The notes beneath the pieces are model-generated. The model saw nothing but the letters and a program-made list of their open reading frames with translations, searched no databases and was not told where the DNA came from. Made by a program: the position numbers and the translations under genes. Of a DNA stretch of 64,000 bases, positions 10,944 to 20,125 are shown one piece after another (the stretch's first letter is position 1; the number at the start of each line of letters is the position of its first letter). Source of the DNA: Oscillospiraceae bacterium (GTDB lineage: Bacteria; Bacillota; Clostridia; Oscillospirales; Ruminococcaceae); contig SVMX01000008.1 of NCBI GenBank assembly GCA_015067175.1, forward strand, positions 1,888 to 65,887, given 5' to 3'.

Positions 10944-11348
10944 ATGATCAAACTTATCACAGGCAGAAGAGGTTCCGGCAAGACAAAGGTGCTCATCGAC
11001 GCTATCCATGCAGCTGAGCAGGCTTCCAACGGCAACGTTGTTGCTATCCAGAAGGGCTCTTCCCTCAACACAGACATCACACACAAGGTACGTCTGATAA
11101 ACATCGAGGACTACAACGTAGAGGGCTATGACGCATTCTACGGCTTCATCGCAGGTATCCTCGCTTCCGACCACGATTGCACTGATATTTTCGTTGACGC
11201 AACACTGAGAATCATCGGCAGAGACTACGACAAGGTTGGCGAAATGTTCGAAAAGCTTGCTAAGATTTCGGCAGATACAACAATCACCTGCACGATTTCC
11301 GCTGATAATTCTGAACTTTCTGACAATATCAAAAAATTTGTCGGCTGA
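10944..11348 (+). CDS. Small conserved protein with an N-terminal P-loop-like motif
   Basis: LITGRRGSGKT at the N-terminus, GGAGG RBS, high-expression-type codon usage. Confidence 0.7.
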   Translation: MIKLITGRRGSGKTKVLIDAIHAAEQASNGNVVAIQKGSSLNTDITHKVRLINIEDYNVEGYDAFYGFIAGILASDHDCTDIFVDATLRIIGRDYDKVGEMFEKLAKISADTTITCTISADNSELSDNIKKFVG

Positions 11349-11362
11349 TTTTCAAAAAAAAC

Positions 11363-11391
11363 TTGACAAATCAAAGATCGCGTGATATAAT
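11363..11391 (+). promoter_or_regulatory. Sigma-A promoter of rpmF
   Basis: TTGACA-17 nt-TATAAT with extended TG. Confidence 0.8.
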
Positions 11392-11467
11392 ATTAAGCGT
11401 GACTATAAAAGAGTTCGTGTATGCGGCTCATAGAGTATGATTAATGTTATATGGAGGAGGTGCAATA

Positions 11468-11650
11468 ATGGCAGTTCCGAAGAGAAAAGTTTCTCGTGCA
11501 AGACGCGATAAGAGACGTTCACAGGTTTGGAAGTTATCCGCACCTGCTTTCTCACGCTGCAAGCAGTGCGGCGAGCTGAAGCTCCCCCACAGAGTTTGCG
11601 GAAATTGCGGTTATTACAATGATAAGGTTGTTATCGCTAAGGAAGCATAA
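11468..11650 (+). CDS. rpmF: 50S ribosomal protein L32 (Zn-ribbon type)
   Basis: MAVPKRKVS, CxxC...PHRVCxxCG; ATG follows GGAGG. Confidence 0.97.
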   Translation: MAVPKRKVSRARRDKRRSQVWKLSAPAFSRCKQCGELKLPHRVCGNCGYYNDKVVIAKEA

Positions 11651-11688
11651 TTTCAGTTTCGTGTAATACAAAAATTTGTATACGAGAG

Positions 11689-11718
11689 TCCCCCGACAAA
11701 TTGTCGGGGGATTTTTTT
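11689..11718 (+). terminator. Rho-independent terminator after rpmF
   Basis: TCCCCCGACAA / TTGTCGGGGGA followed by a T-run. Confidence 0.8.
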
Positions 11719-11860
11719 CTTGATATGCTTTTATGTTTAAAAATCCCGTTTCGGCTTGCAAATCGCCTTTAATTGTGGTATACTAAAATAGTATAAGTAT
11801 GTTTGGGTACTACACAAAAAATAAATAGTACCCTCGTAGAAAAGAAAGAGAGGTAGAAAA

Positions 11861-13177
11861 ATGCAGGTAGTTGCTATTGTGGGCCGCCCTAACGTCGGCA
11901 AATCCACACTATTCAATAAGCTTGTCGGCAAGCGCCTGTCTATCGTAGACGACACACCCGGTGTAACACGCGACAGAATATACAGCAAATGCGAATGGCT
12001 CGACAAGGAGTTTATGCTTATCGACACAGGCGGTATCGAGCCTAAAACAGACGATATCATTCTCGCGCAGATGCGTGAGCAGGCAATGCTCGCCATTGAG
12101 CGCGCAGACGCAATAATATTCGTGACAGATATCACAACGGGAGTTACCGCAAACGACAGCGATGTTGCCGCTATGCTTATGAAGAGCGGTAAGCCTATCG
12201 TTCTCGCGGTAAACAAGGTTGACGGTATCGGTGAGCCGCCGCCAGATATTTATGAGTTCTACAATCTCGGTCTTGGCGACCCCATCGCGGTTTCCTCCGT
12301 ACACGGACACGGTACAGGCGACCTGCTTGAAGCAGTGTTCGACCAGCTCCCACCCGACACCGAGGACGACTATGAGGACGAGGCAATAAAGGTTGCCGTT
12401 ATCGGAAAGCCGAATGTCGGCAAATCCTCGCTGATAAATTTCATCGCAGGCGAGGAGCGCTCCATCGTTTCCGATATTGCGGGAACTACCCGTGACGCGA
12501 TAGACTCAACCGTTGAAAGAAACGGCGAGAAATTCATCTTCATCGACACCGCAGGTATGCGCCGCAAGGCTAAGGTTACGGAAAATATCGAGCATTTCAG
12601 CGTGCTCCGCGCACTCATGGCGGTAGACCGCGCCGATGTCTGCGTTATAGTTATCGACGCTACTGTGGGCTTCACCGAGCAGGACAGCAAGGTCGCAGGC
12701 TACGCACACGACAAGGGCAAGGCTTGCGTTATCGCAGTAAACAAATGGGACGCCGTTGAGGACAAGACCGACAAGACCATGAATGAGTTCACAAAGAAGC
12801 TTGAAGTTGATTTCTCGTTCATGTCCTACGCTCCTTTCGTGTTCATCTCTGCCAAAACAGGTCAGCGCGTGAACAAGCTGTTTGAGATGATTAAGTTCGT
12901 ACACGAACAGCACGGCATACGCATTTCCACAGGCGTACTGAACGATATGCTGAGCTATGCAACTTCCAGAGTTCAGCCGCCCTCCGACAAGGGCAAGCGC
13001 CTGAAGATATACTACATGACGCAGGCTTCCACAAATCCCCCGAATTTCGTTGTATTCTGCAACAGCAAGGAGCTTTTCCACTACTCCTACCAGAGATATC
13101 TCGAAAACCAGATACGCGAGACATTCGGTCTTGAAGCAACTCCCATAAAGCTCACGATACGCGAAAGAGGCGAATGA
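11861..13177 (+). CDS. der: Ribosome biogenesis GTPase Der (EngA)
   Basis: Two G domains (GRPNVGKS/DTGG/NKVD and GKPNVGKS/DTAG/NKWD) and a KH-like C-terminus. Confidence 0.97.
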   Translation: MQVVAIVGRPNVGKSTLFNKLVGKRLSIVDDTPGVTRDRIYSKCEWLDKEFMLIDTGGIEPKTDDIILAQMREQAMLAIERADAIIFVTDITTGVTANDSDVAAMLMKSGKPIVLAVNKVDGIGEPPPDIYEFYNLGLGDPIAVSSVHGHGTGDLLEAVFDQLPPDTEDDYEDEAIKVAVIGKPNVGKSSLINFIAGEERSIVSDIAGTTRDAIDSTVERNGEKFIFIDTAGMRRKAKVTENIEHFSVLRALMAVDRADVCVIVIDATVGFTEQDSKVAGYAHDKGKACVIAVNKWDAVEDKTDKTMNEFTKKLEVDFSFMSYAPFVFISAKTGQRVNKLFEMIKFVHEQHGIRISTGVLNDMLSYATSRVQPPSDKGKRLKIYYMTQASTNPPNFVVFCNSKELFHYSYQRYLENQIRETFGLEATPIKLTIRERGE

Positions 13178-13704
13178 TGAAGCAGATATACTCCGATTAT
13201 CGCAGAGTATTCGCTTTGTCTGCCGTCGCACAGCTTGTCTGCACCGCTCTGATGACAGCAGGTCTGCTGATAGCAGGCGTATTTGAACACGAAACACTCA
13301 GATATGTCGGCATCGCAGCAGTGGCGCTTATTGCAATATCCGCATTGTGGAGCACTGCAAGCACGTTTATCATTGCGCCGATAATGCTAAAAAAGCAGAT
13401 ACAGGCGCTTCCGCAGAGCGACCGCGAACAGCTTTTCAAAGAATATGGCAGTGCAAAGCAGGTCGGCGCTCACCGTTATACGGAAAATTGCTTTATATTT
13501 TACTCAAACCGACTTATCTATATTTACAGATATGCAGATGTAACGGCGCTCACCAAAAAAGGCGCCAGAAATCTTCTTATACATTCAGAAAACAAAAAAG
13601 CGGTAACTATGCCGTTTCAATCGGGCGGAGCAAATGCTATCGCAGCGGCTTACATTAAAAGCCACAATCCCGATATAAAATTTTCTGTGGAAAACAGCAA
13701 TTGA
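13174..13704 (+). CDS. Hypothetical membrane protein (2 TM plus soluble domain)
   Basis: Start overlaps the der stop; two hydrophobic segments. Confidence 0.65.
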   Translation: MMKQIYSDYRRVFALSAVAQLVCTALMTAGLLIAGVFEHETLRYVGIAAVALIAISALWSTASTFIIAPIMLKKQIQALPQSDREQLFKEYGSAKQVGAHRYTENCFIFYSNRLIYIYRYADVTALTKKGARNLLIHSENKKAVTMPFQSGGANAIAAAYIKSHNPDIKFSVENSN

Positions 13705-13721
13705 AAGGAAATATCAACACG

Positions 13722-14387
13722 ATGGTATGGATATGCTACATCATAATGCTTGCAGTGCCTTATCTGCTCGGCGGCATTAATACATCTATCATTATAACAA
13801 AAATAAAAACAGGCAAGGATATCCGCACGATGGGCAGCGGAAACGCAGGCTTCACCAACACGCTCAGAACGCAAAGCAAGTCCACAGCGATAATCGTGCT
13901 TTTCGGCGATGTCGCAAAGGCAGTGCTTGCAGTGTGGGCTGTGCGCCTTTCTTTCCTGTTTATAGGTGGAATAGATACCACAAATGTCGCACTTAATATG
14001 AACTGGGTCGGCTATGTCGCGGCGCTTATGGTAGTAGTGGGACACATCTTCCCTCTTTACTATGGATTTAAGGGCGGCAAGGGCGTACTCGCCGCAGTTT
14101 CAGCGATATTCACCCTCGACTGGCGCAGCGGAGCTATCCTGCTTTTCGTGTTCATCGTGCTTGTCGCTATCACAAGATATGTTTCGCTCGGCTCATGCGT
14201 TGCTTCCGCACTGTTTTGCATCACAACGCTTATCTTCACACACTTCATTGACAGCGACCCCTCGGGTATCATAAACACTGTCATAGCCCTGTTCACTGGT
14301 GCGCTTATCATATTCATGCACCGTGGCAATATCCAAAGACTTCTTTCTCACACAGAAAAGAAGCTTGGCGAAAAAGAAAAAAGCTAA
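13722..14387 (+). CDS. plsY: Glycerol-3-phosphate acyltransferase PlsY
   Basis: DIRTMGSGNAGFTN, GHIFP...FKGGKGV, HRGNI. ATG 13722 preferred over TTG 13701 from RBS spacing. Confidence 0.95.
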   Translation: MVWICYIIMLAVPYLLGGINTSIIITKIKTGKDIRTMGSGNAGFTNTLRTQSKSTAIIVLFGDVAKAVLAVWAVRLSFLFIGGIDTTNVALNMNWVGYVAALMVVVGHIFPLYYGFKGGKGVLAAVSAIFTLDWRSGAILLFVFIVLVAITRYVSLGSCVASALFCITTLIFTHFIDSDPSGIINTVIALFTGALIIFMHRGNIQRLLSHTEKKLGEKEKS

Positions 14388-14397
14388 GGAGGACGTT

Positions 14398-15399
14398 ATG
14401 GCAAGGATCGCAATACTGGGCTGCGGCTACGGCACTGCGCTTGGCGTGCTGTACAGCCATTACGGACATGAGGTAACCACATGGACAAAATTCGAGGAGG
14501 AGGCAGAGCAGCTTCGCACACAGCGCGAGCACAAAAGACTGCTCCCGGGAGTTAAGCTCCCCGATAATCTCGACGTTACGACCGATGTAAAATGCGTTGC
14601 GGGCGCAGATATAGTTGTAGTGGCTATCCCCTCGCCTTTTTACCGTGAGGCAATTCAGTCTGTAAAGCAGCATATAGATAAAAACACCGTTGTCATCAAC
14701 GCAAGCAAGGGACTTGAGGGCGACACGGGCAACCGCCTGTCGCAGATATTGCAGCAGGAGCTTCCGCACAACGCTATAGGAGTGCTTACAGGTCCCTGTC
14801 ACGCAGAGGAGATCGCACGCCTTGTGCCTACGACAGAGGTGTGCGCCGCTTATGATACAGACACAGCAAAATATATTCAAAAAACGCTCTCCAACGAGAA
14901 ATACAGAATATACAGAAACGATGACGTTGCAGGCTGCGAGCTCGGCGGCGTGCTGAAAAATCCCATAGCGCTCGGCTGTGGAATTGCACGCGGAATGAAG
15001 CTCGGCGACAACACCGTTGCGGCGCTCATGACAAGAGGTATGACCGAGATAACCCGCCTTGGCGTTGCTCTCGGCGCAAATTGGAAGACCTTCACGGGAA
15101 TGGCGGGCATAGGCGACCTTATCGTCACCTGCACCTCTCAGCACTCCCGTAACTACCGCGCAGGGTACCTTATCGGTGAGGGCATGGTTGCCGCCGAAGC
15201 CGTTGCACAGGTCGGCACAGTCGAGGGCTACACCAGCAGCAAAATAGCTTTCCGCCTTGCACAGGAGCGCGATATCTACACCCCCATTATCGAGGAAATA
15301 GTGAATATCTGCTACAACGGAACTGATCCCAAAACAAGCATAGCGTCCCTCATGACGAGAAAAATGCGCCACGAGCGCGAGGTTTTCTGGATGGATTAA
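14398..15399 (+). CDS. gpsA: NAD(P)H-dependent glycerol-3-phosphate dehydrogenase
   Basis: GCGYGTALG, SKGLE, GGVLKN, GIGDLIVTCTSQHSRN. Confidence 0.95.
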   Translation: MARIAILGCGYGTALGVLYSHYGHEVTTWTKFEEEAEQLRTQREHKRLLPGVKLPDNLDVTTDVKCVAGADIVVVAIPSPFYREAIQSVKQHIDKNTVVINASKGLEGDTGNRLSQILQQELPHNAIGVLTGPCHAEEIARLVPTTEVCAAYDTDTAKYIQKTLSNEKYRIYRNDDVAGCELGGVLKNPIALGCGIARGMKLGDNTVAALMTRGMTEITRLGVALGANWKTFTGMAGIGDLIVTCTSQHSRNYRAGYLIGEGMVAAEAVAQVGTVEGYTSSKIAFRLAQERDIYTPIIEEIVNICYNGTDPKTSIASLMTRKMRHEREVFWMD

Positions 15400-15415
15400 A
15401 CACACGGAGGCTGAT

Positions 15416-16282
15416 ATGGCAAAGAAAAAGCTGCCCGCAACACTAAAAGAACAGATCGCAAAGCTGCGTGAGCGCGGCTGTATTATCGAGAATGAGGAAT
15501 ACGCGGTCGAAACGCTGAAATATATCAATTATTTCCGTCTAACGAACTATTTCAAGCCCTTTTGTGTGACTAAGGACAGATACGAGGACGGTACGACTTT
15601 TGAAAACATCATGCGCGTGTACGAGCTTGACCGAAAACTGCGCAGTATCCTTATCGCCGCACTTGAGGAGATAGAGATCGCGCTGCGCGCTGCACTGTCT
15701 AACTATCATGCACTGAAATACGGAGCACTCGGATATCTCAATTCCTCAAATTTCGATTTTCGCCATAATCACAACTCTTTCACATCAAAGATACGCCATC
15801 TTGTGGAAGTAAACGAGGACCGCGAGTTTGTAAAGCACTACAACAACAAATATCGCGGCGACTTCCCTCTTTGGGTAATAATGGAGCTTTTCAGCTTCGG
15901 CACTCTCGCGTTCTTCTACAAGGATATGCACAACTCTGACAAAAAAGAGATCGCAGACACATATTACAACTGCTCAAGCTCGGAGCTTGACAACTGGATA
16001 TTCTGTATGAACGAGCTGCGCAACTACTGTGCGCACTACAACAGGCTTTATGACAACTCCTTTCCTGTCGAGCCAAAAACTCCGCGTGAGCTTGATTATG
16101 AGCTGCAGCCGAATGTTTTCGGCTACATAATGGTTATGAAGCAGCTCTACCACCGCAAGGACGATTGGAACACCAAGGTAGTAAAACCATTAGTGCGAAT
16201 GATAAACAAAAACATGGACGTTATAAGGCTCTCACATCTTGGACTACCCGATGACTGGGAGCAACAATTGATATCTGAATAA
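15416..16282 (+). CDS. Abi family (AbiD/AbiF-like, HEPN) protein
   Basis: EQIAKLRERG, INYFRL..Y, Y..DR.LR, EIEIALR, PLWVIMELFSFG, RNYCAH (HEPN Rx4H). Confidence 0.85.
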   Translation: MAKKKLPATLKEQIAKLRERGCIIENEEYAVETLKYINYFRLTNYFKPFCVTKDRYEDGTTFENIMRVYELDRKLRSILIAALEEIEIALRAALSNYHALKYGALGYLNSSNFDFRHNHNSFTSKIRHLVEVNEDREFVKHYNNKYRGDFPLWVIMELFSFGTLAFFYKDMHNSDKKEIADTYYNCSSSELDNWIFCMNELRNYCAHYNRLYDNSFPVEPKTPRELDYELQPNVFGYIMVMKQLYHRKDDWNTKVVKPLVRMINKNMDVIRLSHLGLPDDWEQQLISE

Positions 16283-16333
16283 CCTATTGCCGCCTTGGTG
16301 CGGCAATAATCATATATGAGAGGAGGAGTTGAT

Positions 16334-18175
16334 GTGGCGGATATCTTTAAGCTGCTCATAAGCAGCAAGGCAAAGACCAAAAAAGAGATAAACGATGAGG
16401 TTCAGCGCCTTATCCGCGCAAAGATAGAAAACGTCGTTGACAAAGCAATCAAAGAAGCCCAGTCGCGCCCCGATCGCGTCGAAAAAATTCCTCCGAGAGA
16501 TACTGTATATTATGGCAGAAAGCCCGCTTCGCAGCCGCAGGGCATTTTTGCGGACGAGCTTGCTTATCCGCCCGAAACGCCCGACGACAGCGCTCCGATA
16601 ACCGAAAAGATACGTCAGATGCGCGAGCTTGGTCACACTTTCTACAACGGCTATATGCTGCGTCAGTGTGCAGAGCTTACGATAGTGAAGCAGGGCGAAT
16701 TTATGCAGGACGTTACTGACGACTTCGGGAGAAGCGCATTCTGCGCCATAGAGCGCCCCATATATGGCGCATTGTCGGCAGAGCAGCTCCGCACATATTT
16801 CACATGGCGCACCGATGTAAGACGAGGAACTTATTTCAAAACCGACAAGCCGTATGTAATACTTTATTGCTACGAGCTTCTGAATAAAATAGGCGTGCTG
16901 TCCTCCGAGGACGCTTTCAACCGCCTTATCGGCGTGTGGGAAAACTGCCGCGCATTCTGCCCGAGCTTAGATAACATCATGCCGCGATGGCTCGGCGATT
17001 TTTATGCTTTCAACGATATAGATGAGGATTTTTCGCAGCTTGCGGCAGGCTTTCCCGTAAAGCCGCAGACGTGTGATGTTATCACCTCCGAGCTTATGGC
17101 GCGAAACTATCGCGGCAAGCTTGAATATCTTATGCAGCACTCCTCCTATAACCTCAAAGGCAGTATTTTTTACTCCGAGGACACCGTGCCGCTGCTTGAC
17201 GCCGCCGCAGAAAGTGCGCTTTCCGCTCTTGATGATTACTTCACTGCGCGCGATATCTCCCTTTTCGAGCTTATCTGCGGCAAATCAAAAAAGGATCATT
17301 CGTGGAATCCATTTGCGGGCGCTTATGTTGACAGAGATCGTATGGACGGCTTTCGCTCCTGCCGCATAAGCAGCACCGAACGCTACTGCATAAAACGCGG
17401 ACAGCCAAGCCTTGAGCGCTTTGAAAGCGCACCCTACCGCAGCTTTATCGGATATATCCTGAAATCTGCGGAATCCGTGCTGAGAGAACGCACAGGCTTC
17501 CGCTACAGCATTGTGCCGAATCTCGCAATGGTGCGCGATGATTTTCTAAACCGCGACAAGCTGTATAAAGCCGTCAGCGAGCCGGAATTTGCCGCTGTAG
17601 TTTCTGACGCGGTAAATAAATATTGCGACAAAAACGGGATATTCCCGCCCCGCAAAGAGCCAAAGCGCAGGAAAAAAACCGATTACGGCGACGAGCCGCA
17701 GTATCAGTATATCCCTGCGAAGCCTCAAAAGGTTGAGATAGACATCTCTGCGCTGGAAAATATCCGCAAGGAAGCTGACGAAACCGCCAAAAAGCTTATC
17801 ATTGAAGAATATGAGGACGCTGTTTCCGAGGAATGTATGACCGCGCTCTCCTCTCAGATAGAGGACGAGGTCTTTGACGAGCACGCCGAGGAAGCGGCAC
17901 ATGAAATACATTCACAGTATGATTTCTCGGCGCTGCCCGAGCCGTGGAAAAGCCTTGCCGAAGCACTGGATACCGAGCTGCTTGAAATGCTAAAAGCAAC
18001 GGATAACGGCAGCGCAGAGGCACTTTGCCGCAGCAAAGGCGTTCTCCCCGAAACCGTATATGAAGAGATAAACGCCATAAGCCTTGACATCGTTGGCGAC
18101 TGTATAATCGAGAACGGCGCGTTCGTTCCCGATTATTATGAGGATATAAAAAGCATCATCTCCGCCGCAACCTAA
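16334..18175 (+). CDS. TerB N-terminal / TerB-C domain protein
   Basis: Y..LS.EQLRTYFTWRT.VR.G...YVILYCYELLN.IG (TerB-N) and EEINAISLDIVGDCIIE (TerB-C); GTG follows AGGAGG. Confidence 0.75.
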   Translation: MADIFKLLISSKAKTKKEINDEVQRLIRAKIENVVDKAIKEAQSRPDRVEKIPPRDTVYYGRKPASQPQGIFADELAYPPETPDDSAPITEKIRQMRELGHTFYNGYMLRQCAELTIVKQGEFMQDVTDDFGRSAFCAIERPIYGALSAEQLRTYFTWRTDVRRGTYFKTDKPYVILYCYELLNKIGVLSSEDAFNRLIGVWENCRAFCPSLDNIMPRWLGDFYAFNDIDEDFSQLAAGFPVKPQTCDVITSELMARNYRGKLEYLMQHSSYNLKGSIFYSEDTVPLLDAAAESALSALDDYFTARDISLFELICGKSKKDHSWNPFAGAYVDRDRMDGFRSCRISSTERYCIKRGQPSLERFESAPYRSFIGYILKSAESVLRERTGFRYSIVPNLAMVRDDFLNRDKLYKAVSEPEFAAVVSDAVNKYCDKNGIFPPRKEPKRRKKTDYGDEPQYQYIPAKPQKVEIDISALENIRKEADETAKKLIIEEYEDAVSEECMTALSSQIEDEVFDEHAEEAAHEIHSQYDFSALPEPWKSLAEALDTELLEMLKATDNGSAEALCRSKGVLPETVYEEINAISLDIVGDCIIENGAFVPDYYEDIKSIISAAT

Positions 18176-18272
18176 GGTTGCAGTATTCCAAAAAACAGAA
18201 CTGTACAGTTGGTGGCTTTTTCCATTTCTGCATGGTAAACTATAGCTATCAAACAGAAAGGCGGTCAAAAAC

Positions 18273-18965
18273 ATGAGTTTTGGTCAGAATTTGCAGTTTT
18301 TAAGAAAAATGAGAAACGGTATGACACAGGAGGACCTTGCCGAAAAAATGAGCGTCAGCCGACAGACCGTTTCAAAATGGGAGCTTGACACCGCATATCC
18401 CGAGATAGAAAAGCTTATCGAGCTGTGCGAGCTTTTCTCCTGCTCTATGGACGAGCTTATAAGAGAGGATATGAATATTGCAAACGACGCATATTCAGAA
18501 ATACGTGTGGAATGGCTGGAGGAGTTCAAGTATATCCGATACGCCGTTATAAGCCGCGAGCCCGAAGAGGACGCAATAGAGCATATCCGCCGCTGGGCAC
18601 AAAAGCTCGGTATCACCGAGCCGCAGATAATCGGCTGGGACTTCCCTATGCTGTCACAGGAGCAGATAAATGTCTACAATATGCACGGCTACGCCGCCGC
18701 GCTTATTCTGGACGACACATCGGTCGTTGCCGACGAAAACGCTGAGATAATCACGCAGAAAAAGCAGAAATATGCTGCAATAACAATAAAGCAATATTCC
18801 TCCGCGCCGTTTTACATAATACCCAATGCATATAAAGCACTGTTCTCCTACATCAAAGCAAACGGTCTTGAAGCAAGCCACACAAAGACTGCTACCCCGT
18901 GCTTTGAAAAGGAATATGTTATTGACGGCATAGACTATATGGACGTTTATATTGCGATAGAATAA
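18273..18965 (+). CDS. XRE HTH regulator with a GyrI-like effector domain
   Basis: TQEDLAEKMSVSRQTVSKWE; C-terminal CFEKEY...MDVYIAI. Confidence 0.8.
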   Translation: MSFGQNLQFLRKMRNGMTQEDLAEKMSVSRQTVSKWELDTAYPEIEKLIELCELFSCSMDELIREDMNIANDAYSEIRVEWLEEFKYIRYAVISREPEEDAIEHIRRWAQKLGITEPQIIGWDFPMLSQEQINVYNMHGYAAALILDDTSVVADENAEIITQKKQKYAAITIKQYSSAPFYIIPNAYKALFSYIKANGLEASHTKTATPCFEKEYVIDGIDYMDVYIAIE

Positions 18966-18970
18966 AACAA

Positions 18971-19004
18971 CACCCGCAGAAAAACAGCACGTTTTCTGCG
19001 GGTG
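18971..19004. terminator. Bidirectional terminator
   Basis: CACCCGCAGAAAA / TTTTCTGCGGGTG. Confidence 0.7.
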
Positions 19005-19022
19005 CAGCTTTGATTTCAGCGG

Positions 19023-20045
19023 TCATATAACTCCGCTTTCGGTGATTGAAAAGGTCATGCGGTCACAATCAAGCTCCGCATTTGCGCCGTAGGGTAGAAC
19101 GCATATCGGTGAGGAATGTCCGAAATTAAGCCCGTACATTATCGGAAGCTGCGGCAAGGCGTATTTCTCCGAAACTATCTCCCGAATTATCCTCGCATAC
19201 GGCAAAAACGGCTCGGGAGAGCGCATTTTCCCTATGACTATTCCGTTTACTGCGTGAAGATAACCGTTATTGCCGAGCCATTCAAAAATAAACCGCGCAT
19301 ATTCCTCGCTCCATATTTCGGGGATATCCTCGAAAAAGAATATCGCTCCCTCAAAATCCTCGCGCTGTAAACTAATGCCCGAAGCCTCGTCATACTCGGA
19401 AAGTCCGCCGTGCCCTCCGAACAAATGTCCGCTGACCTTGCCGCTTCCCTGTATAAGCATACAGCCCTCGTTTTTGACATAATTCCTGATACGCCGCGGA
19501 TCTGTGTGATGATTCGGCTCATAGCTCCACTCGTCCGACGGCATTATCTCGCCTATAGGAGATGGATCAAAAAACACTTTTTCAAACCAATATCTGCTGT
19601 AAGGGTGCCAGCGCCCCTGCTCCGCTATGGTGGTCAGCAGATTATCGCCGTAAAAGGTAGACAGTCCCAGCCTGTAGCAATAAAAGTGCAGTGTCATCAC
19701 ATCGGAATATCCGCACAGTATCTTAGGGTTGTTTTTTATGATATCAGGTTTTAAATAAGGGATAAGTCTTTCCGAATCACAGCCGCCGATGTTAGCTATT
19801 ATCGCCTTTACTGACTTGTTTTCAAACGCCCACATAAGATCCTCGGCGCGCGCCTCGGGGTGCTCTTGAAGATAAGAGGTACCTCTCATGGAGTTCGGAG
19901 CAGCAACTACGTTAAGCCCAAGCTCTCTCAATCTTTGCACGCCAAGCTCATACTGCCAGCGTACCCTTGCCGCGCCCGCACAGCCCCATGAGGTGCTGAC
20001 AGTCGCTATAGTATCTCCTTTGCGAAGCCGTTCGGGTCTTATCAA
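19023..20045 (-). CDS. S66 peptidase (LD-carboxypeptidase / MccF-like)
   Basis: L.KGDTIA, RAEDL..AF, IGG, GYSD, FFEDI, NFGH catalytic motifs. Confidence 0.9.
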   Translation of the reverse strand: MIRPERLRKGDTIATVSTSWGCAGAARVRWQYELGVQRLRELGLNVVAAPNSMRGTSYLQEHPEARAEDLMWAFENKSVKAIIANIGGCDSERLIPYLKPDIIKNNPKILCGYSDVMTLHFYCYRLGLSTFYGDNLLTTIAEQGRWHPYSRYWFEKVFFDPSPIGEIMPSDEWSYEPNHHTDPRRIRNYVKNEGCMLIQGSGKVSGHLFGGHGGLSEYDEASGISLQREDFEGAIFFFEDIPEIWSEEYARFIFEWLGNNGYLHAVNGIVIGKMRSPEPFLPYARIIREIVSEKYALPQLPIMYGLNFGHSSPICVLPYGANAELDCDRMTFSITESGVI

Positions 20046-20125
20046 TTCATTTTCCCCCCTTTCTGAACAAATACAAGAAAAGCCATTTCTGACATGATAT
20101 CAAAAATGGCTTTTTGCTTTGGATA

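Noticed and set aside
19023-20045. MccF-like gene as evidence of a microcin C cluster
   Set aside because: No MccB-like adenylase, precursor or exporter nearby; standalone S66 peptidases are common.
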